DNA of 37,615 bases from a virus (Duplodnaviria > Caudoviricetes), in IMG/VR virus record IMGVR_UViG_3300046705_000093, positions 1 to 37,615 of that record; one strand, written 5' to 3'. Below the pieces are notes generated by a model. It saw only the letters and a program-made list of their open reading frames with translations, was not told where the DNA came from and did not search any database. Of the stretch, positions 16,779 through 24,080 are shown one piece after another. A program made the translations under genes and the position numbers. The number at the start of each line of letters is the position of its first letter. The stretch's first letter is position 1.

Positions 16779-17614
16779 AGAACGTGACGCCGAAGAAAAA
16801 CTATCTGGAACCGATCCTGAAAAAGATCGGCCGTATGAAATTGGCGAAGATCAAGCCAGGCACGGTGAAGGCGTTGGCCAAGGAACTCTATCCGTGCTGC
16901 AAGACGCAGACTTGGAACCGGCAGGTGATCGTGCCGATCAGCGCCGTCATCAATTACGCGCATGACAACGGGATGTGCGCGCCGATCCGGATCAGACGGT
17001 TCAAGGCCCAAGACGAGCGGGTTCGCCGCGCGATTGATCGCACATGGATCGACAGGTTCATGGCGAGCGCAACTTCGCCGCATCTGGCGGCATACGCGCT
17101 GTTTCTGCATACGACGGCAGCGAGACCGACCGAGGCGATCATGCTGCAGCCGCACGACCTGGATCTGGCGCGCAACTACGGGATCAGCAGCGTCGCCACG
17201 AAAACCGGATCGCGCCGCGAGTTCTGGCTGACCGAGGAGATGACGGAAGTTTTGCGGCGATTGCCGCCGCGGCAAATTCAGTGGGGACAGTATCGGGGGG
17301 AGTGGCGCGTCTTTGGATGGGCCGATCTCAAGGGACCGATCGAGCCGTGGAAGAAGACATGCAGGCTCGCGGGCATCGACTATGTGACGCCGTACGAGGC
17401 GGGCCGGCATTCGTTCGCGACGGAGGCCGTCACGCGCCAGAACAAGAACGTGATCATGGTCGCGAAGACCGGAAACTGGAAAGACACGCGGACGTTGCTG
17501 AAACACTATGCACACCCTGAGGACATGGCCGGTTTCATAGAAGACACTTTTGGCTCAAAAACGGCACAGCGTCCTGATAAACACTTGAAAGTCGTTGAAA
17601 ATAAAGGAAAATAG
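16574..17614 (+). CDS. int: Tyrosine integrase
   Basis: Arm-binding N-terminus (YIHGTIEGERIRRSLGT), catalytic R (AARPTEA), K (TKTG), YEAGRH, GNW, HYAH. Confidence 0.93.
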   Translation: MSIEIKWRNGIAYIHGTIEGERIRRSLGTRDPKIAARKKAEEEARLQRASIYGIEYEATFAEACVHYLKNVTPKKNYLEPILKKIGRMKLAKIKPGTVKALAKELYPCCKTQTWNRQVIVPISAVINYAHDNGMCAPIRIRRFKAQDERVRRAIDRTWIDRFMASATSPHLAAYALFLHTTAARPTEAIMLQPHDLDLARNYGISSVATKTGSRREFWLTEEMTEVLRRLPPRQIQWGQYRGEWRVFGWADLKGPIEPWKKTCRLAGIDYVTPYEAGRHSFATEAVTRQNKNVIMVAKTGNWKDTRTLLKHYAHPEDMAGFIEDTFGSKTAQRPDKHLKVVENKGK

Positions 17615-17814
17615 AAAATACACCCGTTCCCACGTTGGGGTGAGGTGTCCCGCTAAACGGGATATGTCAGCAAGCGGGATAGAGCAAGGAGTTTCTTTGT
17701 GTGGCAACGGATTTTTCAGGTTTTGACAGAACGTCAAATGCTATGCTGCCTTGCAGAACGAAGCCAAAACTTGCAAGGCGAAAAACCGAAGTGTGGCGCA
17801 ATCCTGACACAGCG
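17551..17814. other. Candidate intact attP
   Basis: Related arm-like direct repeats TGGCTCAAAAACGGCACAGCG (17551-17571) and TGGCGCAATCCTGACACAGCG (17794-17814) flank a non-coding core next to int; phage genes continue on both sides. Confidence 0.55.
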
Positions 17815-17848
17815 CCGTTCGCATCTGTTCATGATGAATGAGGGAAAG

Positions 17849-18388
17849 ATGAAAGAAAGACCGATCATATTCTCAACGCCAATGGTGAAGGCGATCTTGG
17901 AGGGAAGGAAGACGCAGACGCGACGTATTCTGAAGCGATCGACCGAGTTCAAGGGGCCATATAATCCGGCCTACGTGGAAAGCCACCGCGATCACAAGGG
18001 CTGGGGGCGCATATGCCCTTATGGAAGCCTAGGAGATATTCTTTGGGTGCGTGAAGCATGGGCTTGCAGGGCAAGAGGTGATTTCTTCACGCAGATTGAA
18101 TATCGTGCCGATGGAACCTGCATAGACTTTTCGCCGAAATATTTCAACGCTGTCAAGCGTTGCGATCCGGAAGGCAAATATCGCCCATCGATCCATCTTC
18201 CCCGCTGGGCGGCTCGCATCTTCCTAAAGGTTACAGATGTTAGAGTCCAGCGTTTACAGGAAATCAGCACAAAGGACGCGATCGCAGAGGGCATCAAGAA
18301 ATTGCCTGGCGGCAATGAAGATCAGTGGATGGATTACCCGGAAGGTTCAAGCGCGGCCGGATGGCTGGACATGGGAAGAAATCATTGA
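17849..18388 (+). CDS. Second ASCH/PUA-like paralog, probably C-terminally truncated
   Basis: MKERPIIFSTPMVKAILEGRKTQTRR, GDILWVRE, PSIHLPRWAAR; lacks the LW..ING..SW..NP end seen in 14493-15161. Confidence 0.8.
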   Translation: MKERPIIFSTPMVKAILEGRKTQTRRILKRSTEFKGPYNPAYVESHRDHKGWGRICPYGSLGDILWVREAWACRARGDFFTQIEYRADGTCIDFSPKYFNAVKRCDPEGKYRPSIHLPRWAARIFLKVTDVRVQRLQEISTKDAIAEGIKKLPGGNEDQWMDYPEGSSAAGWLDMGRNH

Positions 18389-18504
18389 ACTGGAGAAAAA
18401 GCGTCTTGAGCTTCTGATGAAACCGTTTCCGCCAACTATCATCGCACGTCCTGATGCTGAATTGGTTGTCACGGGGTTTGAACAGCCGGAAGGTGGGAAG
18501 ATTG

Positions 18505-18741
18505 ATGGAACTGCTACCGAATAGAGGCAATCCGCCGGGGCTGCTGAAAACCTACATCGTGCACCGCGATGAAAATCAAGTCATCGTCAATGAGGAATGG
18601 GACATCAGCGTTCCGGGGTGTCCGGTAATCCGCAACCCGTGGATGACGCAAGGGCTGTCAGCCCCGACGACAAACCATTATATCTGGCAGAGAGTGCTCA
18701 CGCCAGAAGAGTTTGAGCGGTGGTCAGAGGTGGGAAGATGA
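18505..18741 (+). CDS. Hypothetical protein
   Basis: Coupled ORF. Confidence 0.55.
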   Translation: MELLPNRGNPPGLLKTYIVHRDENQVIVNEEWDISVPGCPVIRNPWMTQGLSAPTTNHYIWQRVLTPEEFERWSEVGR

Positions 18742-18986
18742 GCGACGATGCCGTAGAAGCTTATTGGCAAAAATACTACCTGGATAGGCATTGCACCTTG
18801 TGCGCCAACTGGGGAATTATCGATTCCCGCGCATCTGGCATAACGCCGGCAGGTTTTCGCGTGGGCCGGCTGAATTTCTGCATATGCCCGAACGGACAGT
18901 CTTTGAGGGAGCAGAATGCCGATATCGAATCTTGGTTTCAAGGACGCAGCACTGAAGCTTGGGGGAAAGACCCTAACGCGGATTAG
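18738..18986 (+). CDS. Small zinc-finger-like protein
   Basis: CTLCANWGIID..FCICPNG. Confidence 0.7.
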   Translation: MSDDAVEAYWQKYYLDRHCTLCANWGIIDSRASGITPAGFRVGRLNFCICPNGQSLREQNADIESWFQGRSTEAWGKDPNAD

Positions 18987-19008
18987 GCGGGATGAATAGG
19001 AGAGGGAA

Positions 19009-19227
19009 ATGAACGAAGATCTGAAAACTATAGGACTGAATGAAGCTCTCCATTTCCTAGCAGAGGTTCATACGAAATACGATCTGCGAGTTGGCTTTGT
19101 CGTCCCCTTGGGGGCTACGCCTGAAAGCTTTCAGCGGGAATATTACATACGCTGCTGGGAGACCGTGCGCCGTCATTTGGGACTGACCGTTGATCCAGTG
19201 CCATTTGCCCAATCATCCGGCGAATAG
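19009..19227 (+). CDS. Hypothetical protein
   Basis: GGAGAGGG RBS. Confidence 0.65.
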   Translation: MNEDLKTIGLNEALHFLAEVHTKYDLRVGFVVPLGATPESFQREYYIRCWETVRRHLGLTVDPVPFAQSSGE

Positions 19228-19273
19228 CCCCGTCCCGCTCTTAGCGGCCCGAGACACATAGATAGGCAGGAAA

Positions 19274-19558
19274 ATGAGCGAATGGGAGCGTCACAAGCGT
19301 GCTATGCAGGAGCGCGGCCTTCCGCCATTAGGCAGGCGATGCGAGCGGTGCATGGGAAATGGTTATACAAAAGCCACTATCGACATTAGTCCATCTGTGA
19401 TGCGGACGCTGGCAAAATACCATCCGAATGAACCGGTCGAGAACTCCATAAAAAAAGAGAAGTGCCATTATTGTGATGGCACCGGTATGCATGGAGAGGA
19501 TGGACCCAATGTTCATGACCAATATAGTCTTAGCGCCCCGAGACCCCGTTCCATATAG
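19274..19558 (+). CDS. DnaJ-type zinc-finger-like small protein
   Basis: CERCMGNG..CHYCDGTG. Confidence 0.7.
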   Translation: MSEWERHKRAMQERGLPPLGRRCERCMGNGYTKATIDISPSVMRTLAKYHPNEPVENSIKKEKCHYCDGTGMHGEDGPNVHDQYSLSAPRPRSI

Positions 19559-19715
19559 GGATCGCATCATATTGCACCGGCGCGGCGAAAAACGAAATCT
19601 CAGCCGACACCGGATCTTGCTCCTGGCTCCCCGCTGCAATGATGCTGGCTCGCACCAGCGTAAAGATCAGCAGGCATGCAATCAGGACCGATAACAGCTT
19701 CTCCCAGTCCATCAT
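19530..19715 (-). CDS. Small membrane protein
   Basis: MMDWEKLLSVLIACLLIFTLV; coupled to the upstream gene. Confidence 0.55.
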   Translation of the reverse strand: MMDWEKLLSVLIACLLIFTLVRASIIAAGSQEQDPVSAEISFFAAPVQYDAIPIWNGVSGR

Positions 19716-19963
19716 GGCATGACCGCCAGAACGATGTCTTTGAGAGGCACCTGGAGCGCCAGCAGTGCCAGAACGGCGATCCCCTTGCCGATCAGTCCGC
19801 TCGCGGCGCTCGCCAAGCCGCTGAATCTCGACTTGTGAGTATGCTCCATGTTTGACAGCAGGTCGATGATTTTCTCCTGATGTTCTAACACCTTGAGCAG
19901 TACTTGTCGATCCGCGTGCTGACTTTCCCGCATCCGGTCGAGCATACCGGCGACCCAATCCAT
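19712..19963 (-). CDS. Coiled-coil + C-terminal TM protein (holin/XhlA-like candidate)
   Basis: Topology and position downstream of the lysis genes; inference only. Confidence 0.5.
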   Translation of the reverse strand: MDWVAGMLDRMRESQHADRQVLLKVLEHQEKIIDLLSNMEHTHKSRFSGLASAASGLIGKGIAVLALLALQVPLKDIVLAVMP

Positions 19964-20248
19964 TTGCACCCTGCTCCGCATTTGTAGTAGCTGCCATGTT
20001 TCAGTCCCGTTTTTACTTATGATTGCTGTGCCATATGCGAAACCTCTATTCGCCTCTGTGGTAGGCCCGGTGCCGGAGTGCTAGCTTCGGTGTCGGGCCG
20101 CTCGTTTGTGGAGAATTTCCACAATCAGTTTGTGTTTCGTGGGTGATCTGCTATAAGCGATCCATGATGATGCCAAACCTTCAACGTTCCTACCTATTAT
20201 ATCGCTGATCATCATCAGCGACGGCATCCTATTTCCCAACACGTCAGT

Positions 20249-20326
20249 GCCCCTCTGGGCAAATTGGTAAAGTCGCTGCACTCAGACTGCAGAGTTCTCC
20301 CGGTTCAAGTCCGGGGAGGGGCACCA
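20249..20326 (+). tRNA. tRNA-Leu(CAG), short variable loop
   Basis: GCCCCTC/GAGGGGC acceptor, CTGCA-CT-CAG-AC-TGCAG, CCCGG-TTCAAGT-CCGGG, ACCA. Confidence 0.92.
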
Positions 20327-20327
20327 T

Positions 20328-20405
20328 GCTCGGATAGGCCAATTTGGTAGAGTCAATGCGTTGAGAGCGCATCCAGTGCGGGTTCGAGTCCCGCTCCGAG
20401 CACCA
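20328..20405 (+). tRNA. tRNA-Leu(GAG), short variable loop
   Basis: GCTCGGA/TCCGAGC, ATGCG-TT-GAG-AG-CGCAT, GCGGG-TTCGAGT-CCCGC, ACCA. Confidence 0.92.
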
Positions 20406-20409
20406 AACT

Positions 20410-20501
20410 GGCGAGGGTTCCCCACGGCGGACTGTAAATCCGCTGGCTTTGAAATATGTGGGGTGGATGCCGAAGGAGTTCGATTCTCCCCTGAGCCACC
20501 A
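20410..20501 (+). tRNA. Non-canonical tRNA-Tyr(GTA): no D-arm, predicted D/V pseudoknot
   Basis: GCGGA-CT-GTA-AA-TCCGC anticodon arm, GGAG-TTCGATT-CTCC T-arm, G1-C72, A73-CCA; CCCCAC (20420-20425) complementary to GTGGGG (20458-20463). Confidence 0.8.
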
Positions 20502-20503
20502 AT

Positions 20504-20577
20504 TCCCGCTTGGTGTAATGGTAGCACGGCTGATTTTGAGTCAGCAGATTGAGGTTCGAAACCTTGAGCGGGAACCA
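20504..20577 (+). tRNA. tRNA-Gln(TTG)
   Basis: TCCCGCT/AGCGGGA (U1-A72), GCTGA-TT-TTG-AG-TCAGC, TTCGAAA loop, ACCA. Confidence 0.93.
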
Positions 20578-20580
20578 GAA

Positions 20581-20658
20581 GCGCGCGTAGCCCAAACGGT
20601 AGGAGGCAACGGTGTTAAGCTCCGTACAGTGTCGGTTCGAGTCCGACCGCGCGCACCA
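20581..20658 (+). tRNA. tRNA-Leu(TAA), short variable loop
   Basis: GCGCGCG/CGCGCGC, ACGGT-GT-TAA-GC-TCCGT (U31.U39 mismatch), GTCGG-TTCGAGT-CCGAC, ACCA. Confidence 0.85.
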
Positions 20659-20705
20659 CTTGACAAGTCTTCGATAGGCGATATTATACTTTGCGTACCC
20701 ACCCA

Positions 20706-21005
20706 TCATGGCTTGGATGACCAATGATCCGTAATCCATTGCGCCATGCCTCTGCCATGCTGATCTTTTTTTGTCAGAGCTGCCCAAGTAATTGGATCCA
20801 CCTCAAGCACTAGGCATCTGGCACTGCCGTTTATATTCCTGAGTGAATCTCGAATACTGGCGGCAGTCAAACTATCGGTATTGTCTCTAATAAGCCAAAA
20901 ATTCGGCAACCAGTGCCACCATCCAGCAGGTAATAGCTTCTGATGAAATATTTTCTCTTGATCTGGAGTTAATGGATCTGTCGCGACGATAAATCGTTTT
21001 GTCAC
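20706..21005 (-). CDS. IS passenger: small alpha/beta protein (Cas2/VapD-like fold suspected)
   Basis: FIVAT..GWWHWLPNFWLI..TAASIRD.L..CLVLEV..W..QWI pattern; fold is inferred. Confidence 0.7.
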   Translation of the reverse strand: MTKRFIVATDPLTPDQEKIFHQKLLPAGWWHWLPNFWLIRDNTDSLTAASIRDSLRNINGSARCLVLEVDPITWAALTKKDQHGRGMAQWITDHWSSKP

Positions 21006-21409
21006 TGATCTGCCTCCGGATCATCGGCAGTTTCAGTTGACGCGGAAACGTCAATGAGGAGTTGAGAGCCATCTGGCTTCTTATCCGGCTCAATCAATCC
21101 TATTCCGCTATCTCCATAAAGGCCATGTTCAATGGCCATTTTGTTCAATGTATATGATTCAGATCTCAGCGCGTCCGGATCATTCAAAAGAAAATAAATA
21201 TATGCGCCTCCATACAGAAGCACGCTTAGGGCTAGCAGCACGGAAAACAGGATCAATAGCCATGTTGAAGCCCCAGCCCAGACTAGTCCGACAAGCGCAC
21301 TGACCATGAGACCAATCGGCCAAACGAGCGCCTTTAAAGCATCTGACCGCGAAATGGTCGCATGCATTTGCTCACGCATCGCCGACATGAGCCGGATAAA
21401 ATTGCTCAT
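21002..21409 (-). CDS. IS passenger: 2-TM membrane protein
   Basis: Two hydrophobic helices followed by DPDALRSE. Confidence 0.75.
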   Translation of the reverse strand: MSNFIRLMSAMREQMHATISRSDALKALVWPIGLMVSALVGLVWAGASTWLLILFSVLLALSVLLYGGAYIYFLLNDPDALRSESYTLNKMAIEHGLYGDSGIGLIEPDKKPDGSQLLIDVSASTETADDPEADQ

Positions 21410-21588
21410 TTCTGATTATTGTCCTGCCCAGATGACTTATCTTTCCTGAGCCTTGGCTTTTTGGGCGGGACTATCTTACCAAAAGCGCGCTCAAAGGCTT
21501 CGCCGCTTTCGTCAGCTTCTAGCTCGCGTGCGGTCTCTCGGAACCTATCTATCTGGTGCTTCGTCTTCTTCGTCTGGTTCATCGACAT
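21406..21588 (-). CDS. IS1595-associated small protein
   Basis: QIDRFRETARELEADESGEAFERAFGKI resembles the small ORF often seen in alphaproteobacterial IS1595 elements (recalled). Confidence 0.65.
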   Translation of the reverse strand: MSMNQTKKTKHQIDRFRETARELEADESGEAFERAFGKIVPPKKPRLRKDKSSGQDNNQK

Positions 21589-22147
21589 TTGGCTCTTGTG
21601 GTTCCGCCTCGTCTTCTTTCTTCAGAAGGCTTAGCATATCAAGTTGTGGCGGTTCCGGCGGCAATGGAAGCTCATGGACGCCTATAACTTTCAAGCCGGC
21701 TTTCTGCGCAAAAGTTCTCAGCCCCCGGTCACATGCATATAGGGTCTGAACGCCAGCAATTTTACAGATCGCAACAATCTGGCGGTCGAGTTTGATTTTT
21801 TGATACGGCTCGACTGAGCCTTCCCGCTTGTTACCGGTTGCTTCCGCGCGCCGTGTCATTTCGGCTAATTCAATCGCAGCAATCTGATCAAATGAGCGAA
21901 TATCAAAGACCTCAGATCGCTGCATGATCTTCACATATTGCAATCCAGAAGAGCCGGTCTTGACCAACACTTCGCTCAGCACAGGCGTAGGGATAACGAT
22001 CTTCTTATTCGCCTTTTGCAAATCCGCGATCAAAAGTTCAACCCGATCCTTCGCTCTAACAACTGGCTTTTGTGTAGCCGGGTCAAACGGGGAGTCCGAG
22101 TCTGGATAGAGCAACAAAGTCAGAACGCTGGCATCCAGCCCAGACAT
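21545..22147 (-). CDS. IS passenger: PIN-domain ribonuclease
   Basis: LDASVL, IPTPVLSEVL, KLDRQIVAI, YACDRG supply the four acidic PIN positions. Confidence 0.85.
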   Translation of the reverse strand: MSGLDASVLTLLLYPDSDSPFDPATQKPVVRAKDRVELLIADLQKANKKIVIPTPVLSEVLVKTGSSGLQYVKIMQRSEVFDIRSFDQIAAIELAEMTRRAEATGNKREGSVEPYQKIKLDRQIVAICKIAGVQTLYACDRGLRTFAQKAGLKVIGVHELPLPPEPPQLDMLSLLKKEDEAEPQEPNVDEPDEEDEAPDR

Positions 22148-22908
22148 TATTCGTCAGCCTCACTCAATATGCTAGCAACCGGGTTCTCTACCCAATCGGC
22201 TTTCACCGCCCGCAACTCCCTGACGACATCGACGAGCGGTTTGTCAGACAAAATGTCGAACGTATCAACGTGAAAGCTGTCTAGGTTCCAATGCCCCTCG
22301 GAAGATAGAGACCACGTTCCTCGCCCATAAAGACGCATCGGTTCAAACAAGTGATGTCCGATTTCCTTAGCCAGGCTACGCTTTGCATAGCACCTGCTTA
22401 TCCAATCCCCGTCTAACGTTCTCAGGCGCATCGGCACCCATTCTTTCGCGCCGCCTATGCGCTCTAGCCTGCCGTCGATATTTCCTGCCTGCTTGAGACC
22501 AGCCAGCAGCGGAGGCGCTTCTTCCGCCCCCGGAAACATTATTATCTCGGCCTGCCGATCTCCTTCACTCTCGTACAAAGTTGCCTTGGCATTGTCTTCG
22601 CGTAGCATACGATTAATCGCTAGATAGCTTCTCGTAGCAGGCTTTGGTGCAACCCCATGCGCCAACTCACGACTACGAATGTGGATTTCCTCAACAGGGA
22701 AATCAGGATCAACACGTAATACCGGAACTGTGCTGCCACTCTCCACGCGAAGAAGATGAAGATGCTGCTGGGCCGGAGCAAGCAGCTTAGCTAGCTCACC
22801 TACATACGCAAGCAGTCGATCAAGGGGCATAGTTTCAGCCGTATAGGCGTCAATCTTCCACTTAATCTCTTTAGGGACCTTGATCCCAATGTCACCATTT
22901 CTTACCAT
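22147..22908 (-). CDS. IS passenger: hypothetical protein coupled to the PIN gene
   Basis: 253 aa, TAATG overlap; beta-rich (OB-like?) C-terminus. Confidence 0.8.
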   Translation of the reverse strand: MVRNGDIGIKVPKEIKWKIDAYTAETMPLDRLLAYVGELAKLLAPAQQHLHLLRVESGSTVPVLRVDPDFPVEEIHIRSRELAHGVAPKPATRSYLAINRMLREDNAKATLYESEGDRQAEIIMFPGAEEAPPLLAGLKQAGNIDGRLERIGGAKEWVPMRLRTLDGDWISRCYAKRSLAKEIGHHLFEPMRLYGRGTWSLSSEGHWNLDSFHVDTFDILSDKPLVDVVRELRAVKADWVENPVASILSEADE

Positions 22909-22919
22909 AGCACGCCAGA

Positions 22920-23849
22920 CTACTCTTGCCTTGGCTGGCGCGCCGCAGATGAGTCCCGATAGGTAAGCCGCTTACCAACGATTCCCTTCAGAGCTTTTTC
23001 CGCGCGCTGTTTGTCATCAACGCCAAGAGCTATCCGTGCATTATACCGGAAATCGAATTCTGCTAAATAGCGATGCAGGTGCTTCTCGTCGCAATGTTGA
23101 TAAACGCCCTTCATGCCGCGTTTGAAGACGGAGAAATAACCTTCCAGCGTGTTGGTGTGGACGGAACCACGGACGTATTCGCCAGCGCCATGCTCAACCG
23201 TGAAGTGGTGCTTGAACTCCTTGCCGATAGGCCCATATAAGCGCGCCTCATCCGTCATCAACATGCTCTCTTTGGAGAGGTTGGCGTCTACGATCGGCTT
23301 GATGTTGGCTACGTCCGCCCTGTCGATCTGGAAGCTGCGAACTTCACCGCCTCGCTCTACGAGCGCTAAAGCTGCCATCTTGTGACTATAGCCGCGCTTT
23401 TTCTGTGCGCCCTTCTTATTCCCGAAGAAGGTTTCGTCGGCTTCAACTATCCCACCTTCTCCGCCCATGGGCGTAAAGCTGCCGGAGCGCATAGCCTCGC
23501 GAATTCGGTGGCTCATAAACCAAGCCGTTTTCAACGTAACGCCAAGCGTCCGATGAAGCTGGTTAGAGCTAATGCCCTTCTTAGAAGAAGCCATGAGATA
23601 GATTGCCTGTAGCCAGATGTGCAGCTTGACGTGGCTGCTTTCAAAGATGGTTCCGACTTTAACTGTAAAGGGCTTGCGGCAAGCGTAGCATTTGTAAACG
23701 CCAATGCGCGTACTATTGCCCTTCATCTTGCTGATGCGATCTCCGCCACCGCACTTCGGGCAAACGGGTCCGTTCGGCCAAACGCGCGCTTCTACGAAAG
23801 CGTAAGCCGCTTCTTCATCATGGAAGTGTTTCGCGTTGAGAACAGACAT
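22920..23849 (-). CDS. IS1595-family transposase
   Basis: Zn ribbon CPKCG..CYACRKPFTV, VEADET, MTDE, HTNTLEGYFS, YLAEFDFRYN. Confidence 0.97.
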   Translation of the reverse strand: MSVLNAKHFHDEEAAYAFVEARVWPNGPVCPKCGGGDRISKMKGNSTRIGVYKCYACRKPFTVKVGTIFESSHVKLHIWLQAIYLMASSKKGISSNQLHRTLGVTLKTAWFMSHRIREAMRSGSFTPMGGEGGIVEADETFFGNKKGAQKKRGYSHKMAALALVERGGEVRSFQIDRADVANIKPIVDANLSKESMLMTDEARLYGPIGKEFKHHFTVEHGAGEYVRGSVHTNTLEGYFSVFKRGMKGVYQHCDEKHLHRYLAEFDFRYNARIALGVDDKQRAEKALKGIVGKRLTYRDSSAARQPRQE

Positions 23850-23871
23850 GGCTTATCTCCTTGATAAGCCG

Positions 23872-23899
23872 ACTATATCAGATCAAGTGGGTACGTCAA
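23872..23899 (-). promoter_or_regulatory. Transposase promoter TTGACG-N16-TATAGT, -35 inside the IR
   Basis: Near-consensus hexamers upstream of the GGAG RBS. Confidence 0.55.
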
Positions 23900-24000
23900 G
23901 TATAATATCGCCCTTCGATAGCATCATAGAAAGCATCATGCTTTGCCATTTGCGACATCCAGAACGACCGACGAGCCGCTAAACAGCGGTCCGTTTTTGT

Positions 24001-24077
24001 CTGGGTGTAGCTCAGTTGCGCAGAGTGCCTGCCTTGGAAGCAGGAGGCCGCCGGTTCGAGTCCGGCCACCCAGACCA
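24001..24077 (+). tRNA. tRNA-Pro(TGG)
   Basis: CTGGGTG/CACCCAG, CCTGC-CT-TGG-AA-GCAGG, GCCGG-TTCGAGT-CCGGC, ACCA; D-loop lacks the GG dinucleotide. Confidence 0.9.
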
Positions 24078-24080
24078 CAT

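Larger units (their letters stand above)
20677..23912 (-). mobile_element. IS1595-family element with passenger genes (3236 bp)
   Basis: 24-bp terminal IRs GGCGATATTATACTT(TG/GA)CGTACCC (20677-20700, 23889-23912) and 8-bp TSD CTTCGATA (20669-20676, 23913-23920). Confidence 0.95.

Noticed and set aside
16412-17515. 367-aa minus-strand ORF
   Set aside because: Antisense shadow of xis/int with no recognisable motifs
19530-19997. 155-aa ORF as a single gene
   Set aside because: N-terminal part is low-complexity and overlaps the better 19712-19963 gene; only the MMDWEK portion was kept
20410-20501. Intron-containing, split or simply decayed tRNA-Tyr
   Set aside because: Anticodon loop is uninterrupted, removing the V-loop insert would not restore a D-arm, and identity elements plus the 6-bp complementarity are intact; decay is not fully excluded
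20581-20658. Reading this tRNA as Asn(GTT) from TGTTAA
   Set aside because: Stem register ACGGT/TCCGT centres TAA; a GTT-centred loop has no pairing stem; D-loop and A73 fit Leu
20282-20787. ORFs overlapping the tRNA genes (also 23896-24078)
   Set aside because: Shadow translations of tRNA sequence
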